A stretch of 64,000 nt of DNA from Sphagnum compactum (Eukaryota), in NCBI GenBank assembly GCA_965153455.1, contig OZ234494.1:9920001-9984000 (forward strand), written 5' to 3'. Below are positions 49,474 to 63,866 of the stretch, one piece after another (position 1 is the first letter of the stretch; each line of letters starts with the position of its first letter). The notes beneath the pieces were generated by a model. That model saw only the letters and a list, made by a program, of their open reading frames with translations. It was not told the DNA's origin and searched no databases. The position numbers and the translations under genes are program-made.

Positions 49474-51269
49474 ATTATTTGTTGTAAGCATCCATGCAGG
49501 ACAGATCAGCACAGTTTTGTGGTTTTATTATTTCTTTTTCTATTTTTATATGGAGACCATTGCATCAAAAGGTTTTTCAAGAGAGATATGAACTAGCAAC
49601 TCCATCCATTGGTAGTTATACTGAACATGGTTTTCATCTTCTCAGGATGATCCATTTTGAACCAGAAGTTTGTCACATGGGATTGTAGAGGTGGGAAACT
49701 GAAGAAAGAGGAAAGCAAGGATGTATGATGAAAAAGGGAATTTATTTATGGAGCAAGATTGTTGGTTTGATGAAACATGCTAAGAATAAGAGCAAACTTT
49801 GTATCACAGAGGGACCCTACTAGAGGCAATAGAGGCAACTTCATTGCCTCCACATCATCCAAGATGATCAGAACAATTCAGCCTGCTAATGAAATTTTGT
49901 CTCCAGCAAGTGAGCTTTTACCAATAGCAACAAACTGCAAGGGAACCTTTAGACTTTACACATTCAGAATGTATGATGATGATACAAAAACTCAGCTGCT
50001 ACATTCTCCATTTACTGTCATCTTCTTCTACTCTTACTGATCATCTGAACACCTTTGTGGTAAGAAGAGGGCACAATTTTCAGGGTTAAGCATTTAGAGC
50101 ACAACCCATCTAAAACAATACCTCTTCATAAGAACTGAGAACTTATCCATACTAATGAATTGATAGATGGCTTGATAATAAGGTGATGTTGATTCAGATT
50201 TGACACCATAGCCTCGGGAAAAGACAAAACCCAACCTAAAGAACAAAGAAAGAAAAACAGAGACAATAAACTGAGGAGCAGTTAGAAGAACAGAGGCAGT
50301 CAGTCACAAACATTTTCACAGAACTTCAGCACGACACCGCAATAGGATGTGCTACCATTAGCATCTGCACTGACTTCATACACCCCTATCTGTCACCAAT
50401 TTATCTTATAACAATTTACTAGTAGATAATTTTGACATATTTTCATCAAATCTTTTCTATTGCAAAGTCCTAAGTTGGTTTTTTTTTAATCTTGTTCCAT
50501 GTTTTTTTAGATTATTGGAAAGAATCAAGTTTGAATGTTTTCAAATATATTTTCTTAATTTTACTTTCTACTTGCAACATGTTTTCATCATCTCTTCTTA
50601 TAATCTAATATCATGCTTTTAGTTATTGAGCCTCAAAATTTTGTTTTTATGTAATTGCAGAAATAAAAAGAGACTCTGAGTTTTCTATAGAAGCTCGTCT
50701 CAATCTAGATCCTAAGAACAGAAAGAATATTCTCATTTTTAAATCTCTCTTCAATTGCAAAGTATCTAGTACCAACCAATATTTTAATGGTGGAAACCAA
50801 TGTTAGGCGGTTCTCACTTTTTTGTGAGAACCGGTCGGTTTCGGTTCTTACATTATGTTATGAGAACTTGATTGGTTCTCTATTTTTTTCAGGGGCCTGG
50901 TGAGACTCGACCAGGTTATCAAGATTTTTATTTCTCCAAATTCACCTGGTTCTCAAATAGGGTGGTTCTTGCATATATAATAACAATCAGTTCTCATGTC
51001 CAGTTCTCACAACCCAGTTCTCATTTTTTCGAAAATTAAAATTTACCTTTATAAATATTTAATTCGCTTTATCAATTAAAATAATTTTTTAAACTTAAAA
51101 AAGTTACTTTAAAATACATGAAAATTTGGAAAAAAAATTATTCAAAATTTACAACTCCACAACTTTGTCCCTTTCAAAAGCTCTTTCAAACTCATCTAAT
51201 TTTTCTTCTAAATTAAAATCACTCAATAGAATATGCGAAACTAAAAGGGGATTTACAACCTATCCTAAG

Positions 51270-53600
51270 ATCATTGTGCCAATTTTTGCTCACAAAAATA
51301 AATTTGTTCAAATTTTCTGATTATAAATGACATATCCTAAGACTAGTAAGGATTCCAACTAATGAAAATATTCTTCTATTTCAATTTGAGATCCAACTAT
51401 TCCTAAGATTTGTCTAACACAAAAACCACCTATAGAAAACATGCTTTCATGTTTTTCCCACCATTGTAGTGGACACTTGATGTTTTTAACATCCACTTGA
51501 TAACGCTTGAAAATCAAAAGCTCTCTATTCACCAATTCCATTGTTGGTTCACTTGTGGTACCTATCATTTCAAAAATATCCAAACTCATGTCCTCTTCAA
51601 CCCTTTGATCAACAACACCCCTTTAGATTCAACCAATGGATGCAAATGATAATAACATTTAAGAAGCGTAGAAAATAAACATTTTTTGTCATATTTTTCA
51701 ACAATTGCCTTACCTTGCTCATGACCAATAAGTGAGAACACAAAATGAAAAGTTTTAAACCTAAGGTCCAACATTAAAGAAAGCATATTATGGGCCTTTC
51801 TTTCTTCATTTTTTTTTTTAAAGAAAAGAATCCAAAACCTAAGCAACTTCCTTCTTATGTTGGAGGCCAAACATGACAACTCATAAACAACATTTTCATC
51901 TTCTTCCATTAAATTGTCAAAGGTTGTAGAATCAATTTCATCCCTAAATTTTAGACTCATAGATATGGCAAAATTTAATGCATCACTTAACAACCCCAAT
52001 GACCCCTAAACCAGTTTAGAATACAAGCAAACACAACAAGGCCAAGAAAATCAACAATAATGCAACAATTTTTCCATGTCAAAGGAGGTGATACTTTTAC
52101 ACTCATTCTCACAAAATTCTACTTGCTTTAACATAATATAATTTTTTATTTGAACCGCAATGCTTCATAGAAAAAGATAAATTTGTTGGCAAATCTACAA
52201 TAGCAAAAGAAAATGTTAGATTATGCACAATAACAAAAAAATGTGAAAAAAATGTTTAAATATGCAAAGTAAAAATTGAAAAAAATGTGCACACAAAAAA
52301 GTTTTAAAAAATGAAAATTTACCTTGTCTTCATTGGAGTATTCAATTTCTGAGGGGGAAGACCTCAATTCACACATGTTTTTTCTCATTCTTGCTTACAC
52401 TTTCCAGATTTTTTTTGTCAAATTATGCAGTTTTGCAAATCTCCTTGAGCAGATTTGATTGACACATATCACAAGTCTTTGCAAACTTTTTCCTTTGTTG
52501 TAGCATATTAGCAAGCCTTCGAAAATGCATGCCCAAAACAAATGCCCTAAAAATTTTCCTCCAAACCCAACATATCACAACTTACAATTGATTTTAGGGT
52601 TGTAGTCATAGTGTTCAAATTAGATCCCTCATTCTCAACACAAGCAATAATTTTTCTCCTCAATGCATAATTATCCAACAATTCTTTCAATTTTTTAACC
52701 AAAGTTGTATGTCCAATAGTATCTGTTGGCGCAAAAAGACCAAAGGTAATGTGTTTTGGCTTCCAATCATCTCCTTAGAAATTAATCACCAATGCAAAAA
52801 TATCATGTTTAGCTTTTAACATCCACAGATCAAAGCTTGCAGGTGCAAAATGGCATTCTACTATAATTGGTAAAACATATAATTGTTTAGTTTTTTCCAC
52901 TAATCCAAGCAATAATTCATTAAAAGTTATTTTTTGGAAAGAAAAACAATTCTTGGACACAAATGCATATTAAATCTTTTCAACTAACTACTTTCTACAA
53001 ATTGTAAAGGAAGATGGTTTTTGACAATTAAAAGACCCAAATCTTCCAAAAATCGCCTTTGTTGCACATCATTTTTCTTGAAAGGTTCTTTTGCAGCAAA
53101 AAAATTAGATATGGAGTTAGAAGAAATGTTTGGTTTCTTTCTAGAAGGTTGTCTTTCATCTTCTTTCAAAAGACAATTAACTTCTCTTTCAAACTTTTTA
53201 AAAATATTAGAATGATTTAAATTGACATGTTTTTTCAATGGAACTATACTATTAGTTGTGTTATATATGATTAGTCCTTTCCTAGCTTGAATTTTTGAAT
53301 TTACGTTCAATATTGGATTATTGTGACAAAAAATACAATGCACAATTTGAAAAACTATTACACTAACTTCTTTGTTATCATTCACACAATAAAATGCCCA
53401 ACACAATGCATTTATGTTACTTCCTCTCCAAAATACTCTTTGTGCATGTAACTTCTTTAAATTATTTTCATTCATTTATGGATTCCTACTTCCTTCTGTT
53501 TGAAAACTTCCCATTTCTTCAAGTTCTCGCAAAAGTTCATCTTCTATCCTTATTTCATTCATAAATACATCACGTGTATTTTCATATTTGGAAGACTATT
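51270..53600 (-). pseudogene. hAT transposase remnant
   Basis: BED-finger-like CWAFY..VHCIFCH..LKKHVNLNH, then SFDLWM (first catalytic D), LMLDLRFK, and dimerisation domain CPLQWWEKHESMF...QILGIVGSQIEIE. Multiple frameshifts. Confidence 0.85.
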
Positions 53601-53949
53601 CCATTATTAATTATTAATTCGATTTGAAATTAAGAATTATTGTTTTGATGAGTAGTGAAAAAAAATTAAATAATTATATGATCTTATCAAAGAGTAAAAA
53701 CTAACATTTACAAGCAATTACAAAATGCAATCTACCTTTCAAGAATTCACAAAAACAAAATACACATATTTCTAAATTTTTTTAAAAAGTTACAAGGATT
53801 ATGAGGTGGAAAAAGTATGGGGTTTTTGGGTGGATAAAATTATAATATATATGTAAGTTTAGAAAATCCTACAAAAATAAATAACAAAGCAAACGGATTA
53901 AAAAATTAGTACATATGGGGAAAAAAAATGAACTGAAAAAAAAACTCAA

Positions 53950-54680
53950 AAAATGGAAAAAATGGAAAAAAAATTCACCTCTAATGCTTGAATTGGTGTC
54001 AGAGCTCTAAGCTCTAACCTGCACATGACAAAAAAAGATGAAATACCATACAAACCAAGCAAAACAAAGCAACCATAGCACGAGAAAAACATCAACAACA
54101 ACACAAGAAGAACAACAAAGGTTGGGCTACCAAGTACCTGAAATGCGAAAGGAATAGCATCATTTGAGGAGTAACAATGCGAAAAGAATGGCATTGCTAG
54201 AAGAACGATAATGCGAAAAGAACAACGTGAAAAGAAGGACAACGCAAGAAAAGCAACAATGTGAAAAGAGTAAGGTGAAAGGAGTGACAACGTGAAAAAA
54301 GTAGCGGTGTAAGAGGAGCAACGCAAAAAAACGACAGTGCGAGAAGAGCAACACAAGAAAAGTGACAAGGCAAAAAGAATGGCAGCCCGAAAAAAAAATG
54401 CAAGAAAAGCAACACAACAAAGCAACAACAGTAACAATGACAACCCAAGAAAAAGCAACAATAGAACCTTGAAAAAGCAACGTGAACAACATGGGCAACA
54501 CAAGTAACAAGCAACAATGGCAACGCAAAAAAGCAACACAACAACATGAAAAAATAGTGCAAATAATAACAACAACGTGACAACGTGAGAAGATAACGTG
54601 AACAACAACGATGATGCAAAAAAACAATGTGCATAACCAACAAGCACAAGAAGAGCATAACAAGAGCACTAAAAGACCCC
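53950..54680 (+). repeat. A-rich low-complexity degenerate tandem region inside the hAT element
   Basis: Recurring AA(G)AGCAAC/AACGTGAAAA-like units. These explain the three overlapping spurious hydrophobic - strand ORFs. Confidence 0.75.
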
Positions 54681-55117
54681 CCAAAAAATCACTATGAAGA
54701 AAAATGAAGCCTGAGCTTCCTTTTTATACATTTTCTTTATCCCTAACCAGGTCGAGAACCAAGTCAGGATTCAAGAACTGCCCAACACTGGTGCAAACCA
54801 ATTACTTAGCAAGCATGAAGGTACTGGTCATTCTATTCCACCAAATAAGAATAAGTAGTCAATGGAGAAATCAGTAAATTCACCCTGTCTTTGGGCTTCC
54901 TTTCACCCCCTAACCCCTCTTTTAGTGATATCTCTAAAGTAAGGAAATTTTATTAAAACTCAGTATGAAATGCTGAGAAAACTCACTATGAAATGCTGAA
55001 CTCAGCATTTTAATGCAAAAGGTTCCAGAGGAATTATAGTAGTTGTACAGGTAGTAGGAGCAGCGAAAATATATGTAGCATCAGTGGAGGCGCTCAGGGA
55101 AAAAGGAAAAAGAAATA

Positions 55118-55167
55118 GGGTGAAACTCAGAAAACCGTCAAATTTGATGGTTTTCTGAGTTTGACCC
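55118..55167. repeat. 50-bp near-perfect palindrome
   Basis: GGGTGAAACTCAGAAAACCGTCAAA|TTTGATGGTTTTCTGAGTTTGACCC, 23/25 paired. Confidence 0.9.
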
Positions 55168-56471
55168 CCCTTGGATGCTACGGTTTTTTCAGATTCTCAC
55201 CCTGTTTATGACCAAACTCAGGGTACTGGTGCTGTCTTTTCCTGACTTTATGGATAACTCTAATGCCATAGATTAACCAACATTACTAAGTTTCTCTTAC
55301 TAGACAAGTAGTACTGCACTTGTTAACCAAAACTATGGTTTGACCTAATAGAGATTGAAGTTTCAAGGAAAGGCCTTGTCTGTTCAAAAGACTTAGTCCT
55401 GCTTGTCCATTGAACTCCCAAAGAAAACAACCGCCTTCTTGACCTAGTGAAACTCAGTAAGGACAACTGCAAGTTTTGCAAAACCCGAATAATGGAATCT
55501 ATAATGAGACAAACAAAACATGTTAATTCCTTCATGTTCTGGCTGACTAAAGTTGTCAAGAATGTCAATGTGTTTTCGGCCCAATAAACTTTGAGATATT
55601 ACTAAATCCAAGAAATTAAAAGAGAATCCACTAAAAGTATAACTTACCTCAGAAAACAATGTAAAGGTATACACCACACCACAAATAGGATCTAAACAAA
55701 CAATTTTAGTAAAATCAGGAATATCAGCACCTACTATATATCTACAAAAGCTTCTCACTAAGGATAACTAAGAAAACAAACTGGAACAGAATTCAACTTG
55801 ATAAGATGATCCAAACTCCCCTACTAAGTGGTAAAATGTAGCCAAATAGCAACCATTGGAATACAACTTCATTGGTTAAAGACCAACTGACAAAACATCA
55901 GGAACATGTTACATATGGAATCTTAGCCAAGAAGATATATCTTAAGCTGTTAAGTATCTAAAATCTGTATAGAGACTCCATCAAGCTTATTGTGTGCTTA
56001 CTACTTATCCTTCAACCAACTCAATTAAATCAAAAGCAGAACCAGTTAGCAGGCATGAATTTGCCCCTAATATCACTTGCTATGTCACCAGAAGCCCAAA
56101 TGATGGCACATCCACCTCTCCCTTCATCAGAAAGCAAGGTATAAAGAGGAAGAGGAGCAGTGTGTGCTTTTTAACAAATTGCTTCCAAGGCCAGCCATGG
56201 AGCTCCTAACTATCTGGAAATCAATTTCATGGGCCAAAAATAGATCTAGAAAGTCCTTTTCAACAAATGTTTTAGCCTGAGGCTAAAAGTTGTAGCTCAT
56301 AACTACCTGGACATCAAAATAACCTACCCATCAGCTAAACATAGGATTCCTAGCCACCATTCCAAAGAGGCCTATGGGCAGTTGTAATCTTGGGAGTCAC
56401 TCATAAACTATATCAGTGCATCAACTTCACCGTGACTGACAGTGACTAGCTGTCATTGCTTCCTCCCATTG

Positions 56472-56615
56472 CTGTCAGCTCCCTACAGTGGGGGTAGCTA
56501 AGAATATAATCCTGCCCCCAAATTGAGCAATCAATTATACAAAAATCTGTGTTCTAAGCTTCTGCCACATTTCCAGAAGCAAAGTGAAGACTTGAGCATG
56601 ATATCAGCTAGCACT
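56472..56615 (+). repeat. Dispersed repeat, related copy at ~60548-60660 in a SEC intron
   Basis: Shared TCAGCTCCCTACAG(T)GGGGGT and TTCCAGAAGCAA.G.GAAGACT...GCTAGCA blocks. Confidence 0.55.
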
Positions 56616-57223
56616 CAAGAGACATAGGTAGTCAAAAGTCAATAGTATCCTCATTCATGCAACAAGCTTGTGTGGGTAAGCTTCATTTTATTTTAGCTTG
56701 CCGCTGTAAACGCAAGCATTTCAGCCAAGGCACAGAGAGCCCTACCTAGTGGATGGTGGGGCCACCTGCACCCTGAACATATCCTTCAAGCACATGATGA
56801 CAAGTGACTACTTGGATGTACTACATCACTTTTGACACCAAAAACACACCAAAATGTGAGATGCCTGTAGATGATTAAAAAAACAGAACTCCACTCCAAC
56901 AATCAACCACACAAGATGGGAGGCTGGTACCGTCGAGTGACAGTTGTACATATGCTGTCAGTACTCCCTAGAAAAGTCTATGCTTAATGTGCACCTGCTT
57001 AGCAACCATACCACAAACTAGCGATAGTACCATTATCAGTTTGGTGGAGAAAGAAACTGTCCCAGGGATGACGTCATTGATCATGTTCACAAATCTGGGC
57101 AGCAATTGGATCTGGCTTGCTTGCAGTATGCCAAGTGTGATTCTGGGTAAAAACCTAGTTAAGCTAGTAAATGTGGTGGACTACTGGACAACCTGCAACT
57201 CCCTCTCCAGATTGAGCCAAATG

Positions 57224-60200
57224 TTATTGATCAAAAGGAAACTCAACATTATCTTCACGGACTTTGAACGGCTGTGGGTGACTGCCACTGCAATACAGGT
57301 TCCACATCTTGAAATACGCCCTCTCCAAGTTTTGTACCTGTTAAAACACCACCATATCACATATGTGTCCACTGACAGCACAATTGTACAGCCTTTCCAC
57401 TGCCTCCAAATTTGTATAACATGTGTGCATAGACCTCCATGATCAACAAGCAGACAAAAGGTCAAGGAGATTCCTTAGGGTGTCAAAAACTGGGATGTGT
57501 CATGCGCATATACTGCAATGCTCTGAGAACCAGTTCTTGAAAAGACTTAATGGACCAACTTTTGGAAGGAAGGATTACCCAGCGAGTTGTGTCAAACAAT
57601 GGACATGAAAGTCGGGCAGATCGCAGCTTTGAAGTTAGAGTCCTCAGCATTGTAGGATGTGTTGCCAACATCACTGCCCTCTCCTCATATTCTTGCATGC
57701 TGATAACCAAAGAAAACTCAATACCTAAGCCTCCCTTGATGGAATCATGTGCCAACATTCTATTTAAGAAGCAGCAATAAGCTAGAATGGCCAAGCAGGC
57801 AATAGAATTAATCCTGCATTGGCCACATACCTGCTAACAACCATCTCGTCACCACAACCAGCAGCATGACACAGTGACATTGCTACACGTGTTGCCATCT
57901 TCTCAAGTGGCAGGGTCACCATGGGAAGCCCTGCCCACAGAACATCAGTTCCTGTTGTATGGGCATTGCAAAGAGGCCTGCAACAAACAGACAAGGTCTC
58001 AGAAGTTACTTCCAATTGCCTCTCTCCACTACTATGGTCGTTCAGAATGATTGTGATAATAGCAAAGCTACCAGATTGTAACACGCCAAAGCCAATAGCC
58101 ACAACCCACTGACACCTGTAGCCTCTATTACAACGTCCAAAATCAAAAGCAAGGACCAACAACAGGACATTGTGGTGAACATACGTATCAAGGAATAGGT
58201 CAGCCAGGGCACTGCGCCTGATATGCTCATTTTTAGCAGCCACATCTGTGAAAATGATCTGCTCAGGCCTCACACCTTGTGCTGCTGCAACTGCAACCAA
58301 AAACATGTGTGCTTTCAGACCAGGTGCATTCTTGTGCCAGTATGGACACGTCTGAAAGACAAAAGATATGTGAGAGCCAAAACTGTACTCTTCTGACAAA
58401 AACACCACTGGAAAGATGCTCACATGCTCGTAGTCGAGTTTCCCCAGCAGCAGGAAAACGTAGGAGCCAAAGTGCACTATTTGGGACTCGCTTCAGAATC
58501 CTACACCTGTTAAAATAAACAAATTTCAAGTAAGGACAATTATGAAATTATCTTTGTGAAGTATTGAGAACTTCACCATATTTATGATATACACTAACCT
58601 GAATAAACTGAGAGATGGTGCAACAATAACTGAACAATTTCAGATCCAACAACATATCAGCATACAAGAAAGAAAGAACCAAGACAGCAGTTCAACAAGG
58701 AAAGACTGATGTGAAGACAAACACGGAACACATATGTAACACTATTCCCTCAATCCAGATCTGTGTAGTTCTAAAACATTGTCTCTTCAAGAATACCTAA
58801 TTACCAACTGTTTGCATAGCAACAGTGGGTATACAAGGTTCATCAATTTAGCAATAAGTGGAAGTGTTTTTCAACACCTGACATACTGTAACATACAACC
58901 AAATCATATGCATATATAAGGAGTAAATGTATGGTAGGCCACATTCATGGACAAATACAGGAAAAAGAATAGGTAGCACTCAATGATAATAAGACCTCAG
59001 AAAACTAACCAGGCTGAGAAGACATCAGCATCCATTTTGTACAACTGATTGAAACAGGCAAACAAAAACTTGTCTTCTGGTAGTCCATAATCGGCGCGCT
59101 TCATGCTGCTTAAAGGATCCAAGACATCCTGGTTTCTCTGAAAGTAGCCCATGCAAATCACTCTAAATGATCATACAAGAATATACTGACAGTGAGACCC
59201 CAAATCAGAACTTCTGCAGGGCAATTGAAATTTTGATACTTTGGTTTCCTTGTACACCTCATGCACAACACATTCATCTATGCAAAAAACATGAGGGCTC
59301 CATTTCCAGGATAACAATCTGGAGACTTCCAATATGCTTATGTATAAATTAAAAAATTAGCCAGAGAAGCAATAGAGCAGTCTATCAAAGACATGCTTTT
59401 TCTCTAATCTGCACTTGCTTCTAGATGAAGTGAAAAGCCCTACAGAGCTCATGAACTGTCAGAGAATCTGGTCACCTCATGCCTAAAGTTCAAGCCACTG
59501 ATGCTACCAACAACTACAGGTCACATGAGAAAGAACAAGATACCTTCAAGATAATCACCCACAAAAGTTGGATGTCAAATCTCACCTGCTTGTAGTCATT
59601 GACGAAGTAACAGTGTGGTAGGTGAACAAGCTTCTCTGAGTATATGTGTGAATACTGAGTTGGGGATACAAGCTGCACACCTCACATATAAACACTCAAG
59701 TCCTTCTCTGCTCTATCACATGGCAAAAGTAGAAATATGTAGAAATGTATAGCTGCAGACCTCAGGAATAAAACACTAAACACCTTCATGGAAAAAGAAG
59801 AAATATGCAGAAGCCTAAAACTGGTGCAACATCACTTCTTCCAATTCTTGGAAACTCATCAGTCAATACACATAAGCAAAGCCTCTTCAATAAGAATGCA
59901 CTCGAATCTTCAAGAAGGATCCCTCCCATTCAATTCCACTTATGGTCTACATACAAAATTTTAAGGGGTCAAACATCGTGCTCCAATTACATTTGAAAAC
60001 TGGAGGCTGTCAATAACCTACAATAATAAACAATTCATGAATTCAAATGACATACCTCATCTGTCACCAAATAATCTATGTACTCGGCGCCAGTGGTACC
60101 AGGAAAACCCATGTATGACACCTGGATGGGAGCTGGTTGCATTGCAAAAATTTCATTTCTAGCTCCCTGCATACTTGAACCAAATGGAAGTGGTCAAAAA

Positions 60201-63200
60201 GGGTTCAAGCTTTACTGCCACAAAGATATCAAGGTAGACACTTAATGAGGAACTCATGCGAGGGTTTGAGAATACAAGGTCACCCTTAACAAGGAACTCA
60301 TGGAATGGAGTTAAATTGAATGAAATATGCAAACAGAGTATCTTTCATAAGAACAGAGAAATCTCCATTCTCACAGTGAAAAAGAAACAGCAAGGGTTTC
60401 ACTTCCTCAGGGAGCCACAGAAAGAACCAAACTAGGGAAGACAAAAACAAACAAAAAACACATGCCGGTATGAACAAAAGTGCCAGTCTCACACCTGTTC
60501 AGGGACCATCAACAGTAGTATGTATACCACAACTTCCCCACTGACTTCATCAGCTCCCTACAGGGGGTGAAGGCCAGTGACAAGCACCAACCTACGAACT
60601 GAGTTTCTGCTGCAATTCCAGAAGCAACGGGAAGACTCAACCATACTACTGGCTAGCAACAGACCACAACAACAATGACCAGACAAAGAAACAAAGAATG
60701 AGAGAAAGGGAAAAGAAAAACTAAAGGAAAGGACAAACAGGGAAAGACTAGGAAAAAGTGGGCTTACAAGAAGCTCCCCACTTACAAGACCCGAAGCAAA
60801 ATCATTCAGAAAATGCCAAAAGCAGAAATTCCAAACAGGAATTTTTCTTTAAGATGCAACCCTCTAGTTCTCTTTAGAAGAACTTTGAAAGGGTAGCCTT
60901 TTGCCTTCAGAAAGACAATAAGACTGACCATCTGGAAGACAAAAAACTTCTTACAACTACAAAGTCTCAAGAATCTGTAAAACAGAGGTAGAGATGAGCA
61001 TAATTACCTTAGTATAGCCATTGAGATTTACCAGAATCTGAATCTGGTCATCACAGATCAGGTGAGCAATGGAATCTGAAGACATGGTAGAGACATCAAC
61101 AAAATGCTCAGCCTCAGCTGATATCCGCTGCCTCCACTCACTGCCATCACTCTGGCTTAAAGCATAACAGAACACCTGCAGCAACACAGACCTTTGATAA
61201 TCAGGAAACAAAAATTTACAGAGCCCTGCTCTAATTAACAAATGAATGTCACAATCTACAGGCAGGAAAGAAGAGACCATAGGTTAATCTACATACTACA
61301 CAGCCAAAATGAAATGTAAGACACTGAAAACTATGCACCAAAAGCAATCTATCATGCTTTAAATAGCTGCACAGGATAGTATTCAGATAATCCCAACAGT
61401 GCTCACCTCTACATTATCATGGTTGTGCATGCCAAAGACAGAACCCATGAGGTGAGAAAGTGGATGATTTCCAAAATCGCTGCTCACATACCTACCATCA
61501 GTTAAACCAGAACAATGATCTGCAAATCAGATGACCAGTATGTGACTCTAGAACCCCTGAAAAATACACTACAGTCATAGCCAAAGCCGATTAAAATAGG
61601 TACCACATATATATATTTCGAAGATTTTATAAAATTTGCAAGACAAGCTAATAAAGGTTGGACATACCCAACTCGTAGACGGCCACTACCCCCTTCACTC
61701 TTCACACAAGCAGCTCGAGGATGAGTAAATGTCTGTTCTCCAAACCTTGAAGCAATCAGGGAACAGTGCTCTGCATATTTACGACTGTTTAACAGCACCA
61801 CAAGCAGTCAGTCCAAAGTTACAGAATTCATTCCCTGCTCTTGATGACAAGGACATCTTTGGGCATTAGATTAACATATTTCTCTCTCATGCAACACTGG
61901 GGGGGCATTTTGTAGATATGAAGACACAAAAGAACATGTGACAAACCAATTTGCAGTTCTCTCAATTCTGAAGACTTATACCTTATCTCGAGAGCAAGCA
62001 TGGCATCAATTGGATATGCAATGGCATGGAAAGGCTGCACACTAGGAAGCACTCGCATCTGCATCAAATCAAAGTATAGAAACACAGATCAAGCTAAGTA
62101 AATCATACATATTAATTGCCTTGTCTGTCCGTCTGTCTGTGACCACTGGACGCAGAGAAAAGTGACGGGAAAAAGATAAGAGACAGGACCGAGCACCGGT
62201 CGACGACCGTAGGATGGAGAGCTTTCGGCGAAGAGAAAAATGTACGCAGCAGTAAAAAGCGCATGGGTGTTAAAATCATTGGCAAATCCATCATTGGCAA
62301 AAATATAAAAATAAAAACAAAATATCGACGTAGCTGACAGAAAGTCTGTCCGTCTGTCTGTGACCACAGGACGCAGAGAAAAGTGACGGGAAAAAGATAA
62401 GAGACAGGACCGAGCACCGGTCGACAACCGTAGGACCGGGCGGGGGGGAGCTCGACGGGTGCATTATGCACCGGGTTCACACTAGTATGTGAGTAAGAGA
62501 CACTCCCCTAAGCCATTGGTACAACCCTCCTATGAGGTGGCCTCTATATTTTTGCAGCAGCAGGCTGCCCAATTTTCACACATTCCAGTACTTTTTCCAG
62601 CCCAAGATGCTTAACAATTACAAGTTATATCTGGGTGTACCCACCTTGGTTTAAACACAAACTACCCTACTCAACATGGAAAGTATTGAGTAGACAAAAG
62701 CTTCAACAAAGTTGAAGACCAGACAGTGCTGCTTGGATTGCATGCAGTCACCAGCAGAAAGACATAGAGCAAAACCCATCAAAACCACAAAAATAAGAGC
62801 ATCCTCCAAGTGCAGGCTCTTGTGAACTTCAGAACATCCATCAACACATTGAGCCAATCTAGAAAATGAATCAAAAGCTTGGCAACAAAGCTATCACCTT
62901 GATCTGCCTTCTCACAACAGCCTCAATCTCAATGAACTTGTTATCCCGATCATCCCAGTCACATACACACTGCAATAATCGCACAAGAAACCACATCAGT
63001 TTCAATAAAAAAGTTCAAGTTTGTACCAAAACTGATTGGCAGAACTGAACCCAATCCTGTACATTCCTTCAATACAAGATCCAGACCCCAAACTAAAGTG
63101 GAATTTTAATCTTGAGCTCTAACATCACCAGTACAGAAATTGGTGAGCTCAAGAACACCTGAAGAGTGTGAAGCAAATTGCAGGTTGCCTCAGGAAAATC

Positions 63201-63866
63201 AGCACGAAGCACAAGTGCCTGCTTGTAACTCTTGATGGCTGCCTCCACATGACCACTGGTCCATGTATCCACAAGAAACAGGACATCAGCAACAACAAAA
63301 GATGATATCAGAGGATTCACCCAGCCTGCCTACCATGGGAAAAGGACTCTCAGGGTGATGTGGCCTCAAGGCTTTCCATCTGCAAAGTCAGGTCACCCTG
63401 ACCATCTCTAGAATAGTTTTTGGACTTGCCTCCCTTGGAATGTGAACACAGCCATATATGGACACACTCAAAGAATCTGAGATATATTGAGACCATACAT
63501 TGACATGATGACTGCAGCGACTCAGACAGGAGAATCTCATTAGTTTTTTTGGATAAAGCCCACTCCCTGTAAGGATGCAGAGCACACCCACAATGTACAA
63601 AAAGAGTATAGAAACAAGCAGATACAAATTACAAGCCTGATGGACTCCAGCTTGAGAGATAACCTGTCCTTGTATGCCGATGCAAGATTTGCATGCCCCT
63701 CTGCCATTGTTGGGCGAATTGTGACAGCACGGATGTAATCCTGAATTGCATCATTGACCCGACCAATCTCCTTAAGTGTATTTCCCCGATTCACCAGACC
63801 ATCAGCAGCCATCGGATCTATTCGCATGACCTCATTATAGCATGCTATTGCCTCCGCATAATGACC
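57224..63866 (-). CDS. SEC: O-GlcNAc transferase SECRET AGENT, 3' portion (last TPRs + catalytic domain); 15 exons in window: 63866-63664, 63255-63159, 62969-62898, 62058-61982, 61784-61668, 61491-61407, 61175-61008, 60166-60056, 59672-59586, 59137-59010, 58506-58424, 58290-58185, 57977-57831, 57699-57579, 57337-57224; 5' part lies beyond 64000
   Basis: TPR repeats ([31 protein letters not shown]), [87 protein letters not shown]-terminus [10 protein letters not shown]...EFPFDQ*. All junctions are GT-AG and in frame. Confidence 0.97.
62103..62485 (+). mobile_element. 383-bp non-autonomous Helitron in a SEC intron
   Basis: A|TC 5' end at 62103, hairpin GGTGCA-TTA-TGCACC at 62458-62472, CTAG|T 3' end at 62482-62486, no TSD. 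Internal 92-bp direct repeat at 62123-62214 and 62344-62435. Confidence 0.9.

Larger units (their letters stand above)
50798..54790 (-). mobile_element. hAT DNA transposon, both ends present, decayed transposase
   Basis: TIRs CAATGTTAGGCGGTTCT (50798) and the reverse complement of CAGTGTTGGGCAGTTCT (ending 54790), 14/17 match. 8-bp TSD GTGGAAAC / GTGCAAAC. Subterminal GGTTCTC/GAGAACC motif clusters. Confidence 0.9.

Noticed and set aside
53946-54684. Three overlapping long hydrophobic/Cys-rich ORFs resembling membrane proteins
   Set aside because: Artefact of a T-rich low-complexity strand inside the hAT element. All three frames are open and no domain is recognisable.
55320-55800. Possible LINE-like fragment
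   Set aside because: No reverse transcriptase or endonuclease motif could be identified.
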